Position numbers and translations under genes: made by a program. The notes beneath the pieces were generated by a model. It was not told where the DNA came from. It was given only the letters and a program-made list of their open reading frames with translations, and searched no databases. A DNA stretch of 64,000 bases, from contig NC_086103.1 of the NCBI RefSeq assembly GCF_963921235.1, forward strand, positions 9,114,001-9,178,000, in the 5' to 3' direction. The DNA comes from Mobula hypostoma (taxonomy: Eukaryota). Shown one piece after another: positions 51,492 through 63,049 of this stretch (position 1 is its first letter; every line of letters begins with the position of its first letter).

Positions 51492-53205
51492 TGATCTTTC
51501 GTTCATGGCACGAGAAACCCATTTGTGTAAAAAGCCAGAGCTACAGAAACGGCGACAGAAACTCCAAAAACTCCTCTTCGGAAGAGAGTTAGAACCTTCG
51601 TCTAAATGGGCTATATCTGGGCAAAGACTGGGCCAGGACAGAGGAATCCGGCGAGTTGCTTTCGGTTGGCTATGCCCCAGTAGGGGCGATGGGCTTAAGT
51701 TTAAAAAGTGTCATTATAATCACAAGCAAGACTCCAGAAAATGCGCACGAGCGGACTGACACCACATTGACCGTGATTATTCAAGAAGATGGTCATGTTA
51801 GTCATGGCATTGAAGCAGACTATTTCGCCCATCGGATCCATATCATATCTATGAGCAAATTAATATTTACATTAATTATATTTACCACGACTGGCTCTGC
51901 GGTCTTCCGTGGTTTGTGTCATTCAAGTGCTCACAGAGATATTGGTTAATTGTTGCCACGTACCTATTTCCACCACCCACCCAAGCAATGCATTTCAAAT
52001 TCCTAACTTCCTTTGAGTGCAAAAAAAAGGTCTTCTTTACATTCTGGCTCAGCTTCTTTGACATTTCCGTAAACCAATATCTTCGGCAGTTCTGTTATGG
52101 GGAAAATGTTCTTACTACCTACACAGTTCGCCTTCCACTTATTTGCATAAATCTCAAAGAAGCCCCCACCCTCGCCCAGCCTGCTCAATTCCAATGAAAA
52201 TATGCCCAGACTCTTCAGTTACTTGTTAGGACTGAAACTCTCTGCCTCAGGCAGCTTTATGTTGAAATTTGTGCTGCCACCTTGAATGTCACTCGACTTG
52301 TTTGCTAAGGTCACCATCTTTCACTATATTCTGTATGGTATTACCATTTATTTTGTCGACCCTGCCTTTACTGGTCGACTCAATATGCATCGCCTTGAGT
52401 AAATTCAAATTGCCATTGCTCCGCCTCATTAATGTATTCTCAATATCAAATGTAGATAAAAATACGACCCCGGTCTTATTCGGTGAAATATCCTGCGACT
52501 GGTCATTAGTCAATCAAACTACAGTATCTGGATTCGAAACACATTTCCCTAATTCCAGTTGTTCTGCCCAATTCCACAACTTGAATGATTGTTTAAATGC
52601 AATCATACTGAGCACAGGAGTCGTTCAAAACTTCTTACGGCGGGTGGAGAAATGTGTTAACGTTTCAGTATGAGCATTTTTCATCGACTTCTTTATCGGT
52701 CTAGAACGTTAGCTCTAATTTCTCCCAACGTGGAGGTTGCTGAGAATGTTCCTACTTCCTCGTTTTATTTCAGGTATCTTTGATTTCCGAATACAACGAG
52801 TGAATAAATCTCGTGTGACCGAAAAGCGGCACCAAAACCATTTTGCTCATACCTAACCAAGGGGTTTAAGCAACCAAAACATTTTTTTTTCTTCAAAGGC
52901 AGTGTTCATAGTGCCTGGAACATACTTATTCAGTAATTTACTACAAGTTAATTTTAACGCAATTTGTTATCACAATAAATTCTAAACGGCCTAGAACCTC
53001 CCCCCACACAGCCTCTCACAGAGAGATCAAGCAAGTGAAACAATCCCATTAAGCAATTAGAATATTATTCGATCACTGCGTCCACACTGAGATTGTGAGC
53101 GTAACATTAATTTCATCATAGTACAGTGATCACAATGACCCAAATGTTTGCATGATAATCAAATTAAATAGTTAACGATTTCGATTCTCTTCAGTAACTC
53201 CTCAC

Positions 53206-55668
53206 CTCAGTGCTTACATTGTAATTGCTCTCCTCTGGCTTTATCATTCCTGCATTCTCTTTCGCAACAAACTTCCGCTGGTTGTAACGCATATCTGTAG
53301 ACAACCCGCAAGTTTGCGGGATCGCGAGGTCTCTCTTCACAGACTGCAACGTTGAACACGACTTGTAACGGAAACTCTGGGAAAGTGGATCACCTCCGAA
53401 TACCTCAACGTAGTTCGGTGGTATCTGAAGGCTCCTGCTGGCCTTTTGAATTCCATTCACAGAATTCCTTGATTCCAAACAGCAACAGGTAGTCAGAGAA
53501 CTGTATCGACATCCAGCACCGTTTCTTGTTTTATGAACCTTAAACGCTAGGATAACCAAAATAATTAGGAAAATCAGAGAAGTTGTTCCTAAGGCGATGA
53601 CCAAGGAGAAGTTCAAATCGGGCGCAAAATCGTCCTTTTTAGGTAAACTGGTTGCACTGGACATCGTTTGGCCCCCTTTCACAGATAATAATATGGTTAC
53701 AGTTGCAGAGAGCGAAGGCGTTCCATTATCTTTCACGACAATCATCAGCCTTTGTTTGGAGGCATCCTTGTTCTCAATACCGCGGATAGTCCAAATTTCC
53801 CCTGTATCCGCTGAAATTGTGAACAGATTGCGATGAGTGGCTTGGACAATCTGATAAAATAGACGAGCATTCTGACCGGCATCGGCGTCAGTAGCAGATA
53901 CCTGGACAACGAGGTGTCCAGGTTCAGCAAACCTGGATATCGTCTCCATTACTGTTGACCCATATTGGGGCAAAGGATACACGATGACTGGAGCGTTGTC
54001 GTTCTGATCAAGGACAACAACATCTACAGAGGAGTTGCTGCAGAGGGGCGGGGTTCCAGAATCCCGCACCTGAACATAAATTTTGAATTTTTTTAATTTC
54101 TCGTAGTCAAAAGATTTCTGAGCATATATGACACCACTTTGTGAGTTGATGTAGATATAAGAGTCAATAGAGAAATTCTGAACATGAGATGGCAGGATGG
54201 AAAAGTTCAGACGGGCGTTCTGTCCTATGTCGGAGTCAAAAGCAGTTAACGAGTATATAGAAGCCCCAATAACGTTGTTCTCCATGACATGCGCAGTGTG
54301 TACTGCTTGTAGAAATCTCGGAGCGTTGTCATTAACATCTGTAACATCTACTCGAATCGTTTCTGTGGACGTTAGATTAGGATACCCTGCATCCGTACAT
54401 GTTATGGTAATGTCATACCTGGAAGCAGTTTCACGATCCAGCGATTGCCGTATAAGCAGCCTATAAAAGTTTTCTACAGACGATTCGATTTTAAACGGCA
54501 GTTGGCTTGATATTTTGCATTGCACTCGCCCATTTTGTCCAGAATCTTTGTCATTTACGCTGAGTAGTGCCACTATTGTCCCAACTGAGGTATCCTCTGG
54601 CACTGCACTTAACGTAGACGTTAACTTCATGTCAGGAGCATTGTCATTCACATCGACAACATTCACCAGCACATCACAGTGCTGTGGTATCGCGTAAGGG
54701 CCATTATCGACTGCTTGTATATTAATCTCAAAAAAATTATTTTGTTCATAGTCCAAGTGTCCTTTCAATCTGATTTCTCCGGTTTTTGAATCGACACTAA
54801 ATACTTCGGGAATATTTTTAGAACTGTGGCTGCTGATGGAATACGTGATCTCTCCATTTGGTCCGTCATCCAAGTCCGTGGCGTTTACTGTCATGATGAG
54901 GGATCCTAATGGAGCCGTTTCCAACAGACTCACGGTATAAACGGACCGCGAAAAAACAGGAGAGTTGTCATTCGCATCCTGCACTATGATTGTTATCTCG
55001 GCCTTGCCCGATTTCATCGGAACTCCGCCGTCTTCGGCTAAAAGCGTTAACTGGAGACTGGTTACTGTTTCTCTGTCTAAAGGGCTCTGCAACATCAACA
55101 CCGGTAGCTTCCCTTTCCCACTGCGCTCCTGTACATCAAGAATAAAATATCGATTGGAAAGGAGCTGGTATGTTTGCAAGGAGTTAGTTCCAATATCAGG
55201 ATCGTGAGCGGCCTCGAGGGGGAATCGCGCTCCCGGTGCCATAATTTCTGAGATTTCCAGGCGCATGTGGCTTTCAGGGAAACTGGGAGCGTTGTCATTT
55301 ACATCGATAATCTCCACTTCCACCTGATACAGACCGAGTGGATTTTCAAGTACAACATTCAAGGATAAAATGCAATCGTTGCTCGGTCCGCAAAGTTGTT
55401 CCCGATCGATTCTTTCATTCACAAATAAAATCCCATTCTCCAAATTTACCTCAACATACTGCTTCCTCGGGCTGGGCGCCACCCGCAATCTGCGAGATGG
55501 CAGCTGCTTTAAATCTAACTCCAAATCAATTGCGATATTTCCAACAAAGGCACCCAGTTGTAATTCCTCGGGAACAGAGTAACGAATCTGCCCAGAAGCT
55601 AGATTCCAACGACAGAACAGAGCGCAAAACAGTTGGTATTTCAACAGCCCGTTTATATTATATCTCAT
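53206..55668 (-). CDS. Clustered protocadherin variable exon V6 (subfamily A-like), 821 codons to the donor
   Basis: ORF 53191-55668; phase-0 donor GAG|GTGAGG with GT at 53205-53204. Confidence 0.96.
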
Positions 55669-55844
55669 TTCCAGGAGAAATCATACCAATGGTTTCAACC
55701 GAGACAATGCCTTTTAACGGCGATTTAATTTAGATGGGACAAATATGACGCTGAATATATCTATACCTTCTTCGAAATTGCAGTAATATTTTCATGTAAA
55801 TGTTAACATGTTGTCTTCTATTCGAAGTAAATCGCACACAGACC

Positions 55845-56060
55845 TTCCCGATCTGCTGTTATCCAGTTTTCACGGCGTCTGAACTTAGAAGATGGCGGCT
55901 GCATATTTAAGGAGCTGTGCGGATCACCAGGCACATCTCAACCTCTGATTGGTGAACAACATTGCATTCATATCTGGCCAATGAGAGTGCAGCTCACTTC
56001 TTAAAGCAAGAAGTGCAGAATTTGGTTCTAATTTTTGTTGCACAATTGAAATTCCTTTGA
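55845..56060 (-). promoter_or_regulatory. Conserved promoter of V6
   Basis: AAGATGGCGGC (YY1-like); GCTGTGCGGATCAC; ATTGG 55948-55952; CCAAT 55978-55982; TTCTTAAAGC; GCACAATT. Confidence 0.8.
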
Positions 56061-56454
56061 GCAGTTTGCATCGTTCAGATTTCTGTGAAATGGTTGCTTT
56101 AGAACCGAATTTTCAGGAACAAAGGCACTAAATACTTTAAAGGTCAGGTATCAAAACAATAGCGGTGAAAACCATGATCATATGCAGTAATGTATCTGCA
56201 TCACAATTTTTCAACTATAATCATCAATTAATTAATAGTCTGTAAAACTGTTGTTGCATGTCATTAGCATCAATAACAAAATAATATATTAATTTATTTT
56301 ATCAAAATGAAAAAGTTTTCTGCATTATGTATAAATTAATCTGTTTTTCATCATTCTCATAGTACTTTATTTTCATTTCTGAAGTCTCAGTAGAACTACA
56401 GTTGCTTATGTCCCTTAGCTCATCAATTAACTTTTATTTGTAGTTTATAATATT

Positions 56455-57140
56455 TCAAGTTTGAACTTTCAAAATAAATTCATTATCAAAGTACGTAAGC
56501 GTCATCATATATTACTCTGGGAATAATTTCCATGCAGGCAATAACAATAGGACAAAGAAATAAAATAGAGTCTTTGAAAAGCTATATTCAATCAAAAATT
56601 TACAAAAAAACAATGTACAGCAACCAACAACAAAGACAAACTGTGGAAATAAAATAGCAAATAATAAATTAATAAACAGACAAATAAATAAATCGTTAAA
56701 TAACAAGTAGGTTAACAAATAAATAGATAGATAAATTAGCAAACACATGAATAGATGATTAAATAAGTAAATGAATGAACGTATTGATGAATAAATGAAT
56801 GAATAGATAGATAGTATTAACAACATGAGTTGTAGAGTCCAGGAAAGTGGGTCTGTGGAATCAGTTTAGAATTGAGGTGAGGGAAGTGCGTTGACGCTGG
56901 TTTATGAGTGTGATGTTTGAAGGGCAATAACTGTTCCTCAACCTGGTGATGTGGGACCTAAGGCTTCTCTACCTCCTTCCCGATGGCGAAGGCAAGAATA
57001 GAAAATGGCCTTGACGGTAGGTGTCCTTGACGATGGGTATTGCTTTCTTAGGGCAATTCTCCTTGCAGATATGCTCAAAACGGTGGAGCTTTTTATCCCT
57101 GTGATGGACTGGGCTGTATCCAGCACTTGTGGTAGGCTTT
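56455..57140 (-). mobile_element. Decayed Rex/Babar-like 3' fragment containing an (AAAT/AGAT)-rich simple repeat
   Basis: VLDTAQSITG remnant (ORF 56938-57231); low-complexity sequence at 56650-56820. Confidence 0.55.
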
Positions 57141-57299
57141 TCCCATTGTTATTCCGCTGATCTAGTAGCAACCCGAGTAAATTATACAACATGATAAGTC
57201 TCTTGTGGCAATCGGTGTCACTATTTACCATAATTTAAAAAAAAACGCTGCATAAAGTATTTGAAATGAAAAGGGTCATGTTTCTGAGATATTTCCAGA

Positions 57300-58130
57300 T
57301 TTACAGCAGACATGGAAAGAAAATAGAAATGTCAGCAAGCATGCCTGACCAATCGCAATTGTGGGCATACGCTTCGTATTCTTTTATTCCATGCCTGTTT
57401 GAGTATCTGTCTCGTCGTCTATTAAACATTGCTATCATATCCATTCCTTTTAAGTCCATCGTTTTTTAGTTACAAGTATCTACAATTCTCTGCGTAAAGA
57501 CCAAAACTTGCCCGCAAATACTCTTTGAACTTTTCTCAAGTCCCCAGCATCTGAAATCAATGGCCTCCAGTATTTGATATTTCCACCATTTGCAGCACTC
57601 TGCCAATGTATTGTAATTAGCTCACTCATAATGTTATATGTTTCTATATAATTGTCTCTCAGCCGCTGGTACACAAGAAAAGGAATTCCACGTTTGTCAA
57701 GCATCTCTCATAGGTCATTTACTTTAAGCAATTCTATGCAAAACTTTGGCAAATGTCTGCTGCACCATTTCCAAAAGGTCAGCACCTTTCATAGTTTGCC
57801 GAAGGGAACGCCAAATAATTTTATAAATTTGTCCGATATTAAATTTTACACATACGACACTTTTTCTGACTTTTTTCCCCATTATTCCACCTAACCAATG
57901 ATAGACGCAATGTAAATGCCTTCAGTAACACTTGCACGTTTCCTGTTCCAGGGAATTAAGTATTTCCTCCCCAAAATTCCTCTAAACGTCAGTGATCCTA
58001 AACTAAGGATCCTCTTATTTGAACGTCATACACATCTGGTTTAAATTCCATCTTACACTTCTTCTTACAACTTTCCATGTGATCTATATCATGTAACTTT
58101 GTCACCATCCATATCTCCAAATTTCCGTCA
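57300..58130 (-). mobile_element. Highly decayed CR1 fragment
   Basis: QRLRDNYIETYNIM remnant, equivalent to RRLRGDLIETYKI. Confidence 0.5.
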
Positions 58131-60402
58131 CTCTACGTGTCGTCTAAAAACTCACGAATCAAAGCAATTACCAGATCAATATTTCGTTGCTGGATGTATA
58201 ACTCATTTCGAAAACTTAACAATATTCTGGACAAATCTTCCAACTTAATTCGTAGTACATAATATTTGTTAGACAATCTCCCAGTCCACAGTAGCATGTA
58301 GAGCAATATACAACCATTCAGGAGAATGCACAATACTCCTATTACGTGCTTACGAAGAGACAATAGACTTAGAGCACCAGGATAAATATGCCACATTTCC
58401 CTGACTAAAAAATATACCGTTGCCTCTTCATAATTATAGAGTCAAAAACTCTAGGACTCACTCAACGACCCTCAAATGTGAACATCTTTATCATAATGAC
58501 TATGGTTGGTCAAAAAAGCATTCACATCTACGTCCCAAGGAGAATTATCTATGAGGCAAAAGAGAAGAACAGTCTTCGTGATCCATTTCCAAACCCAGAA
58601 GACAAATATGCATATTTCTATTGGCTTGACAGTAAGAAAATTCTGGACATTCAAATGTTAAACCGTGGCATCGAAACCTGTTAAAGTGTTTAGACCAGAA
58701 ATTAATTATTCTGAAGACAAGCGCTCTGTACTTACGTGGTTACTTGCATGAATATAATGTCTTGCAATTCGTAGAAGACAATGCGAAGATCAAATAAAAC
58801 TTTTAAAAGGCTTCCAATAAGGACATCCCAATGCATCTTGCAAACAATATTTTGAGGTATTATCATGTCATCACTGTTGCAGTTCGGGAAATACAATATC
58901 CAGCTTGTGTGTAACCAGTCCACTAAACTACAGTCGGATAGTGATCAGAAACAGCTTTAAAAACACTATTTTTCTGTCGATCATTTTTCTGCTTCTTTTC
59001 GAGAAAGGGTGTCAACGTTTAATCATGCTCACCTCAAAGAAGAAATGGTGCATGGAAGAGAGATCGAACGTAAAAGATGTTACCTCGAATGCCATTGTTT
59101 TCGCAACATTTGCCTAGATATTTTTATTGGCACATATGTCTTGATTAAATTTTAAACGAATTTAAACGCTGAAAAAAAAGAAGCATGGAGATACTCAGCA
59201 GGGAACATAACATTCATTGAGAGGGGGAGCAATATTTATGTTTTGGGTCGATGACTTTATATTGGAGAAGATGATGAAACAGCCATTTTAGGTTTATTAT
59301 GTTTGAGGTGGGTGATCGACTGGGAAGTAAAATGATAAGAGTTCAGGATAGCTCAGTGATTGCAACCAAAAGTTGTTCACGTGCTAGCAAGACATGCAGA
59401 AGCGGCAAGGTTTCAAATGGAGACCATTAAACTTTGGAAGAACAACTGAGGAAAATTCACAGGAATAAATGTGATGGAACTGGGAAAAACTGCAGACATG
59501 GCTCTCTTGAAATCTGAAATAAAAGAGTGCATAGGATATAACCAACATATCAAGCAGCATCTATGGAGAGAGAAAAAACTTGAGTTATACAGCTGCAGAT
59601 AAATGTTTCTAGATAAATATTGATACGGCGCATGTAATACAAAAGTACAGCATGAAGAATAATTCATTGAACTGCATAATGAGTAACAAGAGCTAAATCA
59701 TGTAGGAATGAAATATATGGTTTATTCCCCCGTTAAGGTTAAGTTTCTTAGGAATAATGAAGTTATACAAAGTCAGAACTAGTGTACAATGCATAAGTAA
59801 AGAGAACGACATCTGGGGCTAAGACACCTCTAGAGACTAATCACGAGAATTTAAAACGGGTATTAAACAACGATATTAAAATTGAGTCTTGATTCAGGTT
59901 TTGATTAGAAACTTTGACACTTTATTTGCTCCCACAGATTCATCTTGAACACTGAGTTCTTCCAACAGATTGTCTGTTAACAGGAAGTATTTTTCAATGT
60001 GGTCACTCAAACTACATTCATATTTGTCATTTTAAATGAAACCACATTGCGAGCACGGAATACAATGCACTAGACTGGAAGGAGAATGTGAGAATTGCTT
60101 TTTACCGGGAGGAATGTTTGGGTATAAGAACGGGTGTATAATCTACTGACCTATAGCTAAGTATGGTATTAACAGGGATTAAAACGCCTCTAAAAATATG
60201 AAAAGTATGGAAAACATTGCTGTATCTAGGACATAATATGGTGACATAGTTACTGACCCATAAAACAAACGATAGTATCTTTTGGAAATAGAATGGTTAC
60301 ACAAAATAAGATTCCCACACGGTATATGATGATAATGTGGTAGCACACCTGTACACAAACAGAACATTTGAAGATTATATTCTCTGCTTAAAATTTCCTC
60401 AC

Positions 60403-62862
60403 CTGGGCCACACTGTATTTTTCAGACTTCACCATTTCATTGTTTTCTTTCACGATAGTTTCGCTAAGCACATAATTCTTGTCCGCAGATGTTCTACATG
60501 TGTTGGGTACGACGAAATCCCTCTTGTTAGACTGCAATGTCGAACATGACTCGTAACGGAATCTCTGAGAGAGCGGATCGCCCCCAAACACTTCAACATA
60601 GTTCGGTTGTATCTGAAGGTTTTTACTGGCCTTCTGAATTCCATTCCAAGAATTTCTTGATTCAAAACAACAACAAGTACCCAGGGAATAGTGCCCGTGG
60701 ACCATGCCATTCCTGTTTAAATGAACTTTAATGGCAAGGATGACTAAAATTATGAAGAGAATGCTTGATATTATTCCCAAAGCTATAACCAAGGAAAGAC
60801 TCAGTTCAGGTGTGTACCTCGGATCTGAGGACGAGCTGCTGACGCTTGGAAATGATTCAATATTTGTTCCAACAACAGATAATACTATAGTCACAGTGGC
60901 AGAGAGTGATGGGATTCCATTATCCTTTACGACCACCACCAGCCTTTGATTAGAGGCATCCCTGTTCAGAATTCGACGGATAGTCCAAACTTCACCAGTG
61001 TCTGCGGAAATAGTAAAAAGATTATAATGGGTGGCCTGAAAAACTTGATAAGAGAGTCGAGCATTTTGACCAGAGTCGGCATCGGTTGCCGATACCTTTA
61101 CAACCAAGGATCCAGGTTCTGCAAACCTGGATATTGTTTCTATTGCTGTTGGCCCGTATTCGGGTAAAGGATGTGTAATCACCGGAGCATTATCATTCTG
61201 ATCAAGGATAACCACGTTCACTGAAGCATTATCTTTCAGCGCTGGCTCCCCAGAATCCCGCACTTGAACATGAATCTGGAAGCTTTGCAATTGTTCATAG
61301 TCAAAAGATCTCTGAGCATAAATGACACCACTCGAAGAATTAATTGAGACATACGATCTTATTGAGGAATTATGAACCAGGGACTCAAAGATAGAAAAGA
61401 TTATTTGAGCATTTTCGCCTACATCTGAATCAAAGGCTGTCATAGCAAATATGGAAGTCCCAACCACGTTGTTCTCCATAACATTCGCTGTGTATACAGA
61501 GCGAGAAAACGCCGGTGCGTTGTCATTTATATCTGAAACCTCTACTCGGATGGTTTTCTTAGAGGTGATTGGAGGGTCTCCCGCATCCGTACATGTTACA
61601 ACAATATCGTATTTTGATGTGTATTCGCGATCCAATTGATTTTTCACAAGAATTCTGTAATAGTTCTTTATAGAGGAATCTAAATTGAAAGGCAATTGCT
61701 TTGGAATGTGACATTGTACTTGACCATTTTGTTCGGAATCACGGTCTTCTGTACTGAAGAGAGCCACGACTGTCCCAAGTGGTGCATCCTCAGAAACAGT
61801 GGCTTGCAATGATCGCAAATTTACCTCAGGCGCGTTATCATTCACATCGATAACGTGAACCATTACCTCACAGTACTCGGGAACAGCGCCAGAACCCTTA
61901 TCCATCGCCTGTATGTTAATCTCAAACGCGCGGTTTTTTTCATAGTCCAAGTTCCCTTTGAGTCTGATTTCACCTGTTTTGGAATTCAGGTCAAAGAGCT
62001 CACGAGAAGCGGCAGAAATATGGCTACGGAATGAGTATAATATCTCTCCATTGAGGCCATCGTCCAAGTCAGTCGCGTTCAATTTGATCACCAGGGTTCC
62101 TTTCGGTGCAGATTCTAACAGACTGATTCTGTAAACCGGCTGTGAGAAAACAGGCGCATTGTCGTTAAAATCCTTCACTGTGATTATAATCAGAGCAGTC
62201 CCTGATCTCGGCGGCAAACCGCCATCTTTAGCTGTTAACGTCACATTGTGCGTTGGTATCGTTTCCCTGTCCAAAGGCTTCTGTAACAATAACACTGGCC
62301 GTTTTCCCTTCCCGCTACGCCTTTGCACGTCCAGTGTAAAATACTCATTTGGTTCTAGCTGGTAGGTTTGCAAAGAGTTTGTGCCAATGTCAGGATCGTG
62401 CGCGGGTTCAAGAGGAAATCGCATACCCGGTGCTGCAAGCTCCATGATTTCAAGGCGAAGCTGTCTTTTCGGGAAACTAGGAGCATTATCATTTACATCC
62501 AGGACCTCCACTTCCACCGGGTGCAGGTTTAGGGGATTTTCAAGCACAACTTCCAACGATAAGCGACAATCGGGATTCGACCCACAAAGGAGTTCTCTGT
62601 CGATAATTTCTTTCATAAATAAAATCCCATTCTCCAAATTTACGTCGAAATACTGCTTCCCAGGACCGGACCCTATCCGTAAACCTCGAACCGACAGCTG
62701 CTTCACTTCTAAACCTAAATCGGCTGCGATTTGCCCAACAAAGGCTCCTGGTTGCAGTTCTTCAGGAACAGAATAATTGATCTGACCAGATACAACATCC
62801 CACCGGGAGAACGCACAGAATAATAATTGCAAATTTACCAGCCAATATATTTTATATTTCAT
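60403..62862 (-). CDS. Clustered protocadherin variable exon V7 (subfamily B), 820 codons to the donor
   Basis: ORF 60388-62862; phase-0 donor CAG|GTGAGG with GT at 60402-60401. Confidence 0.96.
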
Positions 62863-63049
62863 TGCCAGGATAATTCATTCCAATTGTTTCATGCCCCGAT
62901 TATTTCCTTCATTTTCCTGTGGAGCAGTGAGCCGGCGTTAAATAGAACAAAATAACTACACAAAGAAACTCGTACCTTTTACGTATCTCAAAAAAAATCA
63001 TTCGTATACTCGCATTTTGCTTAAATTTGGAAGAGCATTACTGCCGAAA

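Noticed and set aside
56512-56826. 104-aa hydrophobic ORF
   Set aside because: Translation of (ATTT/ATCT)-rich simple repeat
10850-59990. Additional very old Penelope/SINE-like relics (~10850-10920, 18590-18640, 36170-36240, 46160-46200, 52690-52770, 59185-59270, 59500-59590) as ribozymes
   Set aside because: The CUGANGA/GAAA cores are destroyed and only the flanking tail is faintly recognisable
5946-62776. Recurrent + strand ORFs inside the Pcdh exons (e.g. 13113-13730, 21032-21460, 62381-62776)
   Set aside because: Antisense shadows of the conserved cadherin coding frame; starts and lengths are inconsistent among paralogs
5800-62862. Assigning PCDH10 or PCDHA/PCDHG gene symbols
   Set aside because: Tandem variable exons with individual promoters indicate clustered Pcdhs of a lineage-specific expansion; one-to-one orthology cannot be read from the sequence
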